From contig CP075495.1 of assembly GCA_021613535.1 (NCBI GenBank), positions 6,138,001-6,202,000 of the forward strand: a stretch of 64,000 nt of DNA. Reading direction: 5' to 3'. The notes under the pieces were generated by a model. It did no database searches. It had not been told where the DNA came from and worked only from the letters and a program-made list of their open reading frames with translations. Each line of letters starts with the position of its first letter. The first letter of the stretch is position 1. Below, in pieces: positions 1 through 13,893 of this stretch. A program made the translations under genes and the position numbers. Source of the stretch: Adineta vaga. Its lineage: Eukaryota; Animalia; Rotifera.

Positions 1-296
1 CAACACATAATAATCTGGCAACTGTTTATGGTTGTACTGGTCAATTGGATTCAGCATTACAACATTTTCATTCATCATTGAAGATTAAATATAAATGTTT
101 ACCATCTAATCATCAAGATATTGCTTTATCATTGAAAAATATTGGTCTAATTTATGAAATGAAAGGAGATTTTCTTCAAGCGAAAATGAATTATGAAAAA
201 GCAGCAACAATCCGTCGGCATGTTTTATCATCGACTCATCCGGATGTCGTGCGTATTGAACAAGATATTAAACGAGTGTCATCAAAACTCAAATGA
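1..296 (+). CDS. 3' end of a tetratricopeptide-repeat protein (kinesin-light-chain/NPHP3-like 42-aa TPRs), 5'-truncated by the window
   Basis: Open frame from nt 3: THNNLATVYGCTGQLDSALQHFHSSLKIKYKCLPSNHQDIALSLKNIGLIYEMKGDFLQAKMNYEKAATIRRHVLSSTHPDV... to TGA at 294-296. The repeated N[LI][AG]x[VI]Y...A...A/SLxI...LxxxHxD pattern is typical of TPR_10/TPR_12 repeats. Confidence 0.85.
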   Translation, partial: THNNLATVYGCTGQLDSALQHFHSSLKIKYKCLPSNHQDIALSLKNIGLIYEMKGDFLQAKMNYEKAATIRRHVLSSTHPDVVRIEQDIKRVSSKLK

Positions 297-800
297 ATAT
301 ATCATTATATCATTGATTATCTTTTCATTACGTCATATAATTATATTTCTGAGTATATCTTATTTCTTCCATAAGATCCATTTCTTTATCAACATTCCTA
401 CACATTTTCTAGTAGAATAACTAGAGATAAATCAAACTGTAAATGACATTCTATTACATAAATAATCATCAAGAGATAATCAATTGGATTAAAAGAATGA
501 ATTGTTATTTACATAAGAAATATTTCGTTGAATTCTTTTTATAGTCATATTATTATAAATAAGAAACACACAAAAGGCAAAGAATATGTATATATATAAA
601 TATGCGAATGAGGTTGTAGTCGTTCTATGTCGCACATTATTCCATATAATCACTGTGTGTAAAGGTAGATTTAAAGAGAAAGAGAGAGCAAACAGAAAAG
701 AATAAACACAAAATGAGGCAAGGAATGACAAGACAAGACAATAATACACGCACACACACATATTTAGAAAGAAAGCTGATGTTCGCACATAATTTTTTTT

Positions 801-3800
801 TCAAAGAAATTGCCATTCAAGTGCATGAATCAATGCAGTTAGATTTTGATGTTCACTAACACGCCAGAAGGGCCATGTGAGCTAAATGAAAATAATAGAA
901 CAAATTCATCTCAATTCGTTTTCTCTCCTTCAATTTACTTGTTTTGCAGCTAATTCTTCATCTCGACCGTCTCCAACAACTACGTATGTTGGTTTTCGTC
1001 CAAATCTTGTATGTATACGTTCGAAACAACTTTCTTTTCCAATTTTAGTCGCACTATATATATTTTCAATATCAAACACACCACCAAGTCCATATAAAAT
1101 AACTTTTGATAGTGCTGGTACTAATTGACATGTTGTGACAAGAACATTAATACAATTTTTTCTAAAATATTTCGATAAAAATATCAAAATTAAGAATATT
1201 TCTTTTCTCTTAATTGATTTACCGTTGTTTAATTATATTTAAAGCTTTTATTGCTAATGTAAGCCATGAACCAGTTAAAGTTTCAATATCAACACGTAAT
1301 TGAAGTAATTCTTCATATTTTTGTTGACCAAGTAAATCTAAATAGTAATAATGAAAAAATAATCCATTGCTTTTTCTTTATTTGTATCATTACTTTGGGC
1401 ATTTGTTCGATATGTGTTGTAGATTTCTTTTATACGTCGATAACGAAAAGCTAATTTACGCATCCAATCAACTCCACCACGAACAGTACTACTAATACAT
1501 GGATTATTAGTATTTGTTGATGAATGGAAACCATCGGCAGAGAAATTATAATTACTAAATCGAAAAGAAAAAGAAATTGAGAAACAGATGAACATTTCAA
1601 TTCAAATAAGAATTCATATCCGATTTGTATTCTTCATCGACAATAAAGTTTCGAAGACAGTTATCACTGAGAAATGCTTACGCAAGATCTTGTCCATTAT
1701 CGTCCGATGAAACATCATCAATATGAACTTGATCACATTCTTCCAAATCATTGAAAAATAAATGTGCATCAGCTAAGGTAAAAATAATTTCTTCAATACG
1801 TAAACCAAGCGCCATAGCAGCTTGAGCATCCTATTTTTTTGCAGCAATAAAATATATTTAATCCATCAAAACATTTTTTTGCAAATAAAATTTTACCTTT
1901 TGATAACGTTGAGCATATGTGCCTGTTAATAATGAATGTAGAATAATAATTGTTTCATCTAAATCCCAAACAAATATTCGTTCAACATGATTATCTGGAT
2001 CAGGTGATGATTGTTGTTGTTGCTGTTGAGTTTTATTTCTTCCACGATTATTTTTTGATTTTGATGCTAATGAATAAGAAATGTTACAATACATAAAAAA
2101 CAACAACAAAGCTTTGATCTTATATATTTACATCGTGCACTTGTTTCAGTTTTAATTGATGGTGATGGGGAATTCGGTGATGAAAGTACACTTGGATTTG
2201 AATATTGGTTTGGATGATCAAGAATTGTCGGTGGAAGAGATTCAATTGGATATCCTTGGGAGGATTTCAATGAAGTTGTTAATTGATTTGGTGATGTTGT
2301 TGACGAATTTAGATTATATGGAGATGGATAAGTAGCTGCTGAATAACATGGATAACCAAGAGATGGTTGAAATTGATGATAATAACTTGCGTCAAGATTC
2401 TACAAAAAATATCATATGTATTACTTTGAAATGAAAAGAAATCGTTTCAATATACCGGTTGAGCACCATATGGTGATGAACTAGCGAGACTGGTTGCTGA
2501 TGAAGCACCAGGAGTTGAATATGCTAATAAAAATATTAGAGGAAAAAAAAATAAGCAAAAATGTTAAGTTAATATGTATTGTTACCTTCAGGTATAGGAT
2601 ATTGAAAATTTAAAGCAGAATATCCATTGGGTGTAGTATTGTAATAGGGTGGTATGTTAACATATCCCGGCGATGAAAACGAATAGCTTGCCATCGACGG
2701 TTGGCTAAAATGAAAATTCAATCGAATAGAAAATAAACGATTTCTTTTTCTGTTGTATAAACATTCAGCAAAAACTCTTACATTTCTTCTCTTACCCATT
2801 TTTACTCGTTTCTCAAATATGATTCACACGTGCATGTATGATTTTCTTTTATTCATAGAGTAGAAAAAAAATCAAAGAATTTAAATCTGATACCCGTTAA
2901 TGTATTCTATTCGAAGAAGAAAAAACCTATCCTATTACGTTTCAACTAGTGAAATCCTACCTTTATTCTTTTTTGAAGGAAGAAAAAAAACGATAAAGTA
3001 AATGCTCGGAAGAGAAAAGGATTTTTCTCTTTCCCTCTCTCTCTCTCTGTCTCTGTCTCTCTCTCTCTTTTGATATAGACAAAAAAAGCGGAGAGCGAAT
3101 CAAAAAGAAGAGAAAAAACAATGAGAAGGTCATATTTATCTTTTTTCTTCGTGTCAAAAAGAAAAAGTAACTCACCCGTCGAAGATTGTAGAATTGTGTT
3201 TTTGATAGTAGTTATTATGATTTGTTGTTGATTTGCTTAGAAAATCTTGTTCATCATCTATAGAATAGAAATAAACATATGAAGAATATTCTCAAAATAA
3301 ATTCGACATGATTAAAAATGATTATTGACCACTTGTCTGTCTGTCTATTCTGATTTATTATCAAGTTTGTTATTCACGCGAATCTGTCAGTTTAACAATT
3401 TCAAATAAGACACATGTTCGACAAAGTTTCATATTACTGATTAACTATTTTTTCTTCTCTCTATTCCTCTCTTGCCTTGTCATTTTTCTTCCTACCGTTT
3501 GATGATCGTTTACGTTTAGATACAACAAGATCAATTGGAAGAGATCTAAATGACAAGAACCAATAATCAGAAACTTTTCCACTAAACAAATCCACTTACT
3601 CCGAAGTGATACAATTATTTTCAATGAATTTAATTGTAGGCTAGAGAAAAAAAAATAGAAACATACATCATAGTGAATGAACGATCAAAGTTGGGAAAAA
3701 ACGACGAAGCAAATCGACATCCTGTGGTTACTGATGTTATATAGTCACAATTATATTCTTTGATAATTATGTGTAAGACAGAAGTCAAATCTCAGCATGA

Positions 3801-3997
3801 TTAAAATTATCTGATTTCTTATGCATTTCTATGGATACAAAATATGCAAATGAGTTATTGATAAATAGATTCTTTCTATTTATCCCCTGAGCGAACATTT
3901 CCTTTTCACCTCTTTGTCTAGACAAAGCAATCGACCGTACTAGTGTAAAATAGAAGATCGATATGTAATCCCCCTTTCGTTTCTATTTAGTTACCAT
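801..3997 (-). CDS. eya: Eyes absent (Eya) HAD-family tyrosine phosphatase / transcriptional coactivator
   Basis: Phase-consistent GT-AG exons on the minus strand: 3997-3995 (ATG only, tentative), 3640-3600, 3545-3496, 3257-3176, 2704-2586, 2523-2456, 2399-2132, 2066-1897, 1830-1682, 1554-1394, 1337-1223, 1161-939, 881-801. Hallmarks: [99 protein letters not shown], plus a P/S/Y-rich N-terminal region. Confidence 0.97.
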
Positions 3998-4974
3998 GTG
4001 TGTTTGAGTAAGCATTAAGGAAAATCCATCTTCTCCGCCCCTGCTGGTGTGAAAACATTATTTCCGCTCAATTATGCATTTGTACACATACACACACTTA
4101 CTCTCTGTTTTTTTCTATATACAAACATATATATATATATATATGTATATGTATCTATCACATATTGTATGCATCTATAACACCTCGGGCTCGACATCAT
4201 CATCATCATCAACATCGTTGTCGTGTCCTTGATTCGATTCAGAATCTAAGATTATGACGTTTTGCCATTTTACCAGTATATACAGGTATATGTACTATAT
4301 AATGGACTTTTTCCGGCCGTCGTATCGGAAGAATGTCTGACTAACTCAATAATTGCGCATAGAGAAAGAATCAAAGGACAGAACGACAGTATCTAATTTG
4401 TTTGTTTGTTTGTTTTTGTCGATACGTGCGCGTCTGTATATGTTGGCATCATCATCAATATATACAATAGATTTGACTGACTCGATTGTTGACACAACTG
4501 AAGAGCGTTTACTTTTTTTTGATGTTCAAATAAGAACGGACACGTCTACTTAATATGTGTATGCATCATAGCGGCATTAAAAAAACAACTAAACTGTCAA
4601 TCATTTGTTTTACGTATTACAGATGGGTGAACGGATTGTTAAATGAAAATAAAAATAAAGAACAAATGAAAGTTTTTCTTTCTAAGAATTTCTTCCAAAA
4701 AAAAATTAAGCTGATCAAATGTAGTTTGACTCATCCAAATCAAGATAACATTCCAGTTATAAAATGCTCTATTACCTTTCACCTTCTCTCACAATTAGTA
4801 TAAGCATATCGAATTCGATCCACTCAGTTTGATCCATCGATATCATCTTTTTTTTTCTCTTTTACATACCTATATTTTCCTTTCTGATGCGTTTCAATGT
4901 GTCAATACGAACAACGAGAAAGACGATAAGCAACAAGATCTTGAGTAATATGCTCCAGAAGAGAAAGAAAACGA

Positions 4975-5026
4975 GAAGAAAAGAAAAGAAAAGAAAAGAA
5001 AAAGAAGAGAACAGAACAGAAGAGAA
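4975..5026 (+). repeat. (GAAAA)n/(AGAAC)n pentamer simple repeat
   Basis: aagaaaagaaaagaaaagaaaagaaaaagaagagaacagaacagaag read directly. Confidence 0.85.
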
Positions 5027-8000
5027 ATATAAGCGCATCCTTTCTAGCCTTATTGGTTGGCAATTTCATCGTTATGCATTCTAATTGGTCAGTTAGACGT
5101 TTTTTTCTTGCTTTTCTACTACTGATGATGATTTATTATTTAGTATACAAGTTTTTTTTGTCTATTACATACACATCAGATTCCTTTTCTTGGCGTTTTC
5201 TTCGACTTCGACCCACTTTTCTCATTCGACTGCTAAGATGACGACAACGTAGTAGATCAAATTTCAAACATGCATGCAAGCTAGCACAAGAAGAAAGAAA
5301 AAGCAGAGAGAAGGAACGAGAGAAAGACATTCGATCCACCCTGTTCTTTCGTTATTACTAGTGTAGTACCATCAGCTAAGATGATGACGATGATGATGAT
5401 GATGTGTATATCATAATTAAAACGTCACCCACTCGTATGGGTATTCACGCTTGGAATTAGAATCAGAATGAGAAGAAAAGAAGAACGGACCGATTACTGT
5501 GTCTAATCATAGAGCGGCAACAAGTGAATGGCACAAATATACTCGGCAGGTGCATCAATAGAAAAGATAAAACGAGAGAACATGTACGCATCATTTGAAA
5601 AACAATTATGATCTTTGTACGAGAGTTTGGCGGTGGAATTAATTGTATGATCACTTCTCTCTTTTTCAATTTATTCTTATCAGATGAATGTGTTTTTTCT
5701 TCTTTGCATTTAAAACCGTCAAGCATATTCAAAACTGGACAGGTGTTGTTGAACTAGAAGAAGAGCATCCTCAATTAGACAGTAAGAGAGAGAGAGAGAC
5801 ACGCACACACATACATCTTTGTTTCTCTCTCGTTCTCTTCTAATCATCAATACTACGAAATTTGATCTACTTCAAATAGACAGGAGAGGTTTAAAAAATG
5901 CAAAAGGTTTTTTTTCTTCTTCTTCTCATTCTCTTGTGCTGTCTTTTTCGCGTGATAAGTGGCATGAGAAAGAGTGCACCTTCATCGTTTGTATGTTGTT
6001 AAATATTGGCGACAAAGCGTACCTCATTCATTTCATTGTTTTGTTTGGATTTATCAACATTCGATATGCTTTTTGTGTGCATTGTATATAAAGACGATCA
6101 GTGAGAGCAACAATGATCTGTTTAAATTCAAACCTAAATGAACTCTGTTTAGCAATCGAAAGTATATGATATGAATGAAATAGAAAATTTTCGATTAGTT
6201 TTACGGATTAAATAGAGTGAAGACTATGAGGAGAAGGAAGAAAGAAAGAGAGAAAAGAAAAAAAGAAAGGAAATAGACTTGAAGACAATGAAGTAAAATC
6301 TCAATTTTTGTTCTAGTTAATAGTATGAAATTATACAAATTAAAAGTTTTAATATTAACTATATCATCATTTGATGATTTTGCACAGAAGGAAATCTTTT
6401 AGGACGACATCTACATTGCAACTCATCGGGAGCGTGTCGATTAATTTTAGTATTCAATTTGAAAAATATTCAACTATTATTGTTGAATAAATCGAGTATC
6501 TTAAAAATGTAATCTTATATATCAATCGATCTATTCAATTATCCTTATTTCTACATACAGTATTCCTTTGTAATCATCAATGAACTTACTGTGTGTATTC
6601 GAAGTTTACAATTTGATATTTTGACATTGGTAGTATTCGTCTGTTTGTCGTTACAATCGTTCATTGATAATCTATTGATATAGCAAGAACAAAATTGGAT
6701 TTCTTCGATCTATTACGATGTAAACTCTAGTAAATATAATTATGTTCTCACTTTTCGATGATTTATTCTTGTTGAGAATTGAGACACAAAAAAAAGGAAA
6801 TCCGACGTTTCCTTTCTTACATCATCTCATATTATATCTGTCCTTTTCCCCCTTATGCACTAGCTAACAGCATATGTCTCAGTGATGCCAATCACTTTTT
6901 TCCCTCATCTTGTTTACTTGCAGTGATCATTGTTCCTATCATCAATGATTCTGTACAGTGTATAGGCACGTCTTGTTTGTATTACTCCTTTTCTAGTAAC
7001 ATGCCATTTGAATCTGTATATGAATACAATTCTACATAGATCGATGGTGCCAAAGAAAAAGAAGAAGAAAAAACCACGAACGTATAGAGAGATAATCATA
7101 ATTCTACGTTGTGATATCGAGTGTAATACAGATGAGAAAAGAAAAGAATCAATCGCTAATCATTGCTTGTATTGTCACTGATAATCTCTATGCATATCTC
7201 AATGGACATATGCAGCATTCAAGGATTGATAGAAGAAAATAATAACAATCTTTATTGATGAGAATGCTCGCTTGTTTATACAAGATATACTAGTGATGCG
7301 TACACATGCGCATGTGTCAAAATTTGATTTACTTTCATAGGATATGGGTAATCTAATGGACATTTTTTCGAATAGAATTTGCTAATCAATCTAATAGAAC
7401 AATGGTTATTTATCAAAAATTTCAATGCGATTTACAAAATTCACTAATTACTGACATGTATATTGTGATATGTATATATATATATATATATCATTCAATT
7501 TGACTTATCAAGGATCGTCTGTGTGTATGTAAACATGAACTGACAAAGACTGTGTATGATATCTGAATCTTAGCAATCGAAACGATCAAATTATCCGACA
7601 GAAAAGAATTGTCTATGAAAATAAACTGTTAGTTTTTCTATTTATCTAGCTGTTTTCTTTCTTCAAATAAATTCACTTGATACATAGACGTATTATCATA
7701 ATCTAAATAATAAAATTGTTTATTATACATATAGAACTAATCAAATATCATAGTTTTCTTTCAATAGTCAAATTATTGATCAAAGATATTAAGAATAAAT
7801 GATGAGATTTTGTAAGTTGAACAGCATGATTAGTAAATGTCTTGGCATATTCAGACGTTATGACATCGTTCTAATAACAATCATGTCTTGTTTTGCTTCG
7901 AGCAATGGTATTTTATAGGATCCATTTGCTTACTTGTTTCGCTTTCCTTTCGGTTATATAAAAATTTGATAGTTCGATTGAAAACATTTGGCTATAAAAT

Positions 8001-8567
8001 TACGTGGTTCTAATCAATTAAAGAATCTATATTTCTTAATATACATGATTATTAGAATATCTACAATGAGATAGAAGATTTCTGTTTAAGGAAAAATGAT
8101 GATTCTTTTCATGGTTTGTCAAAAACAAAAGAAGATTTTCTTACGATCTTTAACAAATGTCATTTATCTTTAAGGCCATATCCTGGTGATTTACTAAAGG
8201 TTGAATTGATAATAATTCTTTATCAAGTTTTCGATATACATATCGGTCCAATAAGACTGAAAATCTTACAGATGTATATCGACAAAGTCTTAAATATCAG
8301 TACGCTAATAATAGATACCGTATGCAAACCATCGATAAAATCAAGAATTAAAATACAGCAATGGATAGGTAACTGGTTTATTGACTGATTGTCGCACTGC
8401 ATTCTAGCGCTATCTATCTTATAAGAAAAAAACGACTGGAGTCGTTTCTAGTCCAGTACTTTTTATTAGATTTATTCGATTCGATTCAATTCAGCGACGT
8501 CATCCATCCATCGTCGTGTAAAGTCAATCCTCTTCTTTGCTTTCTATCTTATCAATTTTTTAGAATC

Positions 8568-9534
8568 ATGTTAGGTGATACGATTTTAATTATTTTTATT
8601 TCAATCGCAACTGCTTTACTTGGTGAAGGTATTTATTTTGTGTTTTAAATTGATTCAAAATCATATTTTATTTTTCTGTAGGTCTTACATGGGTTCTAGT
8701 CTATCGAACAGACAAATATCAACGATTGAAAGGTGAAGTCGAAAAAGCTAGTAAACGACGTAAGTTCAATGCTATTATTTTCTTGTTTGTTTTTTCTAAA
8801 ATAACTGATTTGATTTATTTCATAGTTGAAAGACAAAAGGAAACTGTCAGTGAATCAGCAGATAAAGTTCAAAAACGTAAACTTGGTTAGTTATATTTAT
8901 TATTTGAATGTATTTCTTGATAAGATTTATTTTGATTTCAGAACGTCAAGAGGAAAAATTAAAAGTTAATAATCGAGATTTATCAATGGTAAGAAACGAA
9001 TTCTTACAAAGCAATTTACAAGAATGATTTTATTTTTATTTTGATTTTAAAGGTGAAAATGAAATCAATGTTTGCATCAAGTTTTACATTCATGGCCTTA
9101 CTTGGCATGTTTAATTCAATGTAAAATCAAGAGAATTCTTACATCTATTTGAAAAGAATTTTTTTATTTTTCTTTATTTTATTAGTTTTGAAGGTCGTGT
9201 TGTTGCTAAACTTCCATTTGAACCAATTCCATGGGTCCGTGGTTTATCTCATCGAAATCTTTCTGGTGATGATTTCACGGATTGTTCATTCATTTTCCTA
9301 TATGTTTTATGTACAATGTCTATTCGACAAGTAATAATTTTGCTTTGATAGAACACATTAAATTAAAAAATTTTTCATTTTAGAATGTACAAAAATTATT
9401 TGGCCGTAAGTTATCTATCTGACATTTTTTTCTTCTCTAAATAATTTGTTTTATTTTTAGTTGCTCCATCACGTGCGGCAAGTAAAGCATCTGGTGGTTT
9501 CTTTTCAACACCTGGTCAATTGTCTTCACGTTAG
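8568..9534 (+). CDS. TMCO1: TMCO1 (Oxa1-superfamily ER membrane protein / Ca2+ load-activated channel)
   Basis: Exons 8568-8628, 8682-8759, 8826-8885, 8942-8988, 9053-9120, 9186-9330, 9384-9405, 9461-9534 give MLGDTILIIFISIATALLGEGLTWVLVYRTDKYQRLKGEVEKASKRLE...NNRDLSMVKMKSMFA...FEGRVVAKLPFEPIPWVRGLSHRNLSGDDFTDCSFIFLYVLCTMSIRQNVQKLFGLAPSRAASK. The ORF track misses it because the exons are short. Confidence 0.97.
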
Positions 9535-10846
9535 AAATGCATCATGTTCAGTACTTTAGAATGGGAACAAAAAACAATAGAAAATGAACTCTTTTTTCCT
9601 TTCTTTTTTTTCATTTCGTATTAAAACGAAATAAATTCTGATGTGTTTTGAGATGATCAGAACAATTCTAAGATACAAAAGAAGTTTTAACAATGACCTT
9701 AGATGAATATCTATTGTCAACATTTGTTTTATGATAAAGACTTAAGGATTGTGTTGTAGTACGATTAAAATATCGGAAGATTTTGATTTTAAATCAAAGA
9801 ACAGTATTTTTATTTGTTTTTCATGATTGCTGTTGATGATTGAGAAAGAGGGAAGAAAAAAGAAGAAGTTAGTGTTATTTTCAAGGTCTCAAAGTATTTT
9901 GTTTGATTTTCTCGTTCGAAAGCTTGTATAGTCAAGGTCAAAGATTCATTACATTCACACTTTTTTAAATAGTTTGTAACAAGAAGTACAGATATTATTT
10001 TACCATAGATGAGTAAACATTAAAGATGAATAGTTTTGTGACACAATTTGTCTAAGAGCTTTTCTTTTTTCATTCAAGAGAATATATCTGTTCATGCATT
10101 GAAATTAAATGAAGGAAACATCGAACAGTTGTTTTTGCTGCTATGAAGACTTCTTCTGTTTAAAATTATTCTTCATACGGAATATAAAATATACTTTCAA
10201 ATTTGATTAATCTATCATTAGTTTTGGTAGGTAAAGCTTGTTCATCCGCTTTATATGATTGCCTATCATTAACATAAAAGTGTAATATGTATATTCACTT
10301 CTTTTTTCAATGTGTACATTTCATTCAATGATATATCAACATAGAAAAAGAAACGAATGTTACATGAGTCATATAGAAATTGAATACAATTCCTTTTTTT
10401 ATTTTATACAATAATAATAATAATAATCGCATATGCATTCTTGTATGTATTAATTCAAAGTTACACTACTGTCGTGTTGATAATAATAATAATAGAACAT
10501 AAACAAATGTCGTATAGGTAGTTTATTTGTCATATAACTCTTTTTTCTTTCTGTATACGAAATATATGAAAAAGAAAATGTGCAGGCAGGTGTATGGTAT
10601 CTTTTTATCAGTATTAATATACACACAGAGAGAAACAGAAAAAAAAGTACACAAGTAGTACTTCAATCTGTGGGTCTCCATTCTTCTTCTTCTTCTTTTT
10701 TGACAACATACCAAAGGAAGAATCTCTTCAACAAAAGAGAAAAACGTCGTTATTTCGATATCTTCAAACAAAGATCCGCAGATACTTGAAACAAAATACA
10801 CTTCTCATCATCAACTATCAACAGAAGGAATTAACAATAGTACATC

Positions 10847-13800
10847 ATGCTCATTATATGTAGTTCATGTGGACTGCTCACTTCATGGAGCCAACATCGA
10901 ACAGGTAGGAATGTAAAATAGAAAGAAGAATAAGTCTAGTTTTGTATGTGTGTGTGTGTATGTATGTAAAAGAAGGAAACACTCACTTCTTTCCGACATG
11001 TATGAACAGAAGCGGAACGTCGAGAAAAGGTGCTTTTTTCTTGATTAATCAACATTCACATACGTTCTTTTTCATATATTTTAACAGATTGAAATGATTT
11101 TATTTAAAATAACATAAATGTTTATTTATAACAGAACTTCAGACATATTTTAAATCTGTTAGTTAGTAAATTTCTATGTATGTACGTTTTTTTTGTTAAG
11201 TTTAAATTAATTGTCGTTAGCAACATTTGTTAGTTTCTTCAAATACTCGAAATTTATTGAATAGTATTGAGAAAAATTGATTAAATTTTTCTAGACAGTA
11301 GACATCATATTTATCGTTTCTTTGTCTCTAAAGTAGTATTATTATGATAATATATGTCATCATCTATGTATGGACTTTAATTGACATCCAATATTATGAC
11401 CAGTCGTTTTAGTCCATGAACATCAACCTGGAAGCCATTTGTTTGCTATCACACGATAGAAATAATAACGGAAGTTAAAAGCCAGACGGACCTAATTAAT
11501 GAGAAATGTCTTAAACATATAAACGAAATCGTCTTTGTTCTAGCACACTCATTTTGATCAATAATCGTTCTTAAATAGTACTTACCTTTCATTTTAATTG
11601 GTCTCTCTCTCTTCTTCTTCTTCTCCTCTTGTGTGCATGTACTTGCATGCAATTTTCTGTTTATCTCTGTTTCGTCTTTGTATTTGAAGTTAAATAGTAC
11701 GCGTCGATGGTGACACGATTTGACGACTCATGCATTCATTTATATATATACACATACATACATAGGGAGAATGTCTGATTTTAAATGTCACCAGAAGGGT
11801 TATCTGTCATCGGTCGTTCTTTTTCTTCATTCTTCTTCTTCTTCTGCTTCTTCTCTCATTTATTTAATGATCAATTCTACAATGATGATGTATGGGTCTG
11901 TGCACCTATTCGATAGAATTTATGTGCCTGAACGACTATTGTGTCATCTATTATACTTTTTTTCTTTTGCTTTCTCTCTTTCTTTCTCTCTGTCTCTTTC
12001 CCTCTTCATGCAGGCTCGTTTTCCGTTTTTTCATGTTAGTTGTTTTTTTTCCTAAGTTGATGTCTTGTATAGTGTGAAGCGATGCACAAGTCCGGTCTAA
12101 AAGTGTTATTTCCATCAAGAGAAGATTTCTCTTTTTTTTTACATTACATGCACACATATCTTTATCCTTAGATGAACGTAGTGAAAAAGACTAGAGATGA
12201 AGAATTTTCTTTTCTATTTCGTTTGTTTTGTATGTGTCGGATAGATCAAGTATTCGAAGGGCGATAGACAGAGAATAAGAATAGTTGTCTTAATAATTAT
12301 ACTATTGATGTTTGAATAGAAGGTGAAAAATTCAATTTAACCCCAAATTCATCTATATACGAGAGGATGATTAGATTTGAATGTCCTTTTACGTTCGGTT
12401 TTATTCTCGCTTGATTGTAACTAGTAGATCAATTTCTTTGTAGTTTCTTCTTTGTTCTGTCTTTGAATAATTTTATAGTCTAGAATACATACATACATAC
12501 ATATACATATACATATGACTTTTTTCTAGGCTGTAAATTGGCCCCTGCCGAGCCTCTACAACAATCAGCATCGATGACTGATTTTACAAGTAATAGACAA
12601 ACTAATTTATTTACGGCTAGTTCTAATGAACACACACTTTTTGCTGGAACACTACGTAATTGGGGTGATCCATTATTACAAGGATACGAACCAACTCCAG
12701 TCCCATTATGTCCCCGTTGTGCAACATGTCGATGTGAATCATTAAAAGCTTTACCTCGTACGTCAGTTAGTCGAAAGTATCATCATCATCATCAGAAATA
12801 TCACGAACCATCATGTCCAAATTATCGTCAACATGAAAGAGCTAAAACAGCTAGTAAACAACGGACAACGACTAAAATAAAACGTCGAGCGAATTCATAT
12901 GATTCATCTGTAACCTTAGATCATCGTCCATTAATAATGAAACAAAATACTGAATATTCTTCATCAACATCATCGACACCGTTAATTAAACAGAGAAATA
13001 ATAAATCGAAAATACCAGTGAGAATATCAACATCATCGTCTAATTTAACAACAACAACAACAACTAGTGAATATTCTCCAGCATCATCTATACATGAAAG
13101 TCATTCCTCAAATGCGCAAACAAAACTTCCACGACCATTGATTAAATCGAATGCATCATCAACAACAGTTTTCACTCATACAAATCAAACAGTATCAAGT
13201 AGCGATGAAGATTTTAATGAATATGATCAAGATAGGTAAATAAATAAATAAATAAAGTGAAAAATAATGAAATCTAAAAATAAAGCTTTCGAAAAAGAAG
13301 AAGTAGGTTGTTATTGCCAAAAGCAAACTGAGGAACTTTTTATTTTTATATTTTATTAAGTGAAAGAAACGTATATGAAAATAATTTTATACAAAGGGAT
13401 ACTTAGAAATGTCTTCTGGTAAATAAAAACGTTTCTTTGATCGCTCATTACTAGTAGCTAGTTCAGTTATAGAAGATAAGATATTCACAATTCATGTTTT
13501 CAAAAGTGATAAAATCCAAAAACAGTCAACTTTCATTCGATCGTGTCACAGAATCGCTATGTCTATTTTCAATTGATTCGTAAGTTCGTCGTATTTCTCT
13601 CTCTCTCTCTCACTGTCTCACATTCGTTCAAGAAGTTATACTCATCAATCTATAGTAAGCTCATTGTAAGTTTTATAATTCGATTTTGACCAGCAATCAC
13701 TTCTTATAAAAGGTATACATTCTCTTTCATTTCGATTAGTAGACTTCTATTTAAATAAACAATCTTGTTTGTCTCAATAGAAATTTCATCCGCATAAATT

Positions 13801-13859
13801 ATGTTCGTTCAAGGATCTTCTTATTCATTCATTCATTCACATTAACACACAAATCAGAT

Positions 13860-13893
<34 letters not shown>

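Noticed and set aside
1-296. Calling the TPR fragment kinesin light chain or an ADP-ribosyltransferase-TPR protein
   Set aside because: Only the terminal repeats are visible; the diagnostic N-terminal domains lie outside the window.
4353-8388. Numerous 60-100 aa ORFs rich in F/L/I/K between eya and TMCO1, and similar ones in introns throughout the window
   Set aside because: They are translations of microsatellite or poly-pyrimidine AT-rich DNA, with no splice-consistent structure or protein-like composition.
8430-8458. Palindrome AAACGACT-GG-AGTCGTTT upstream of TMCO1
   Set aside because: It occurs once and is short; it might be a promoter element but nothing supports that.
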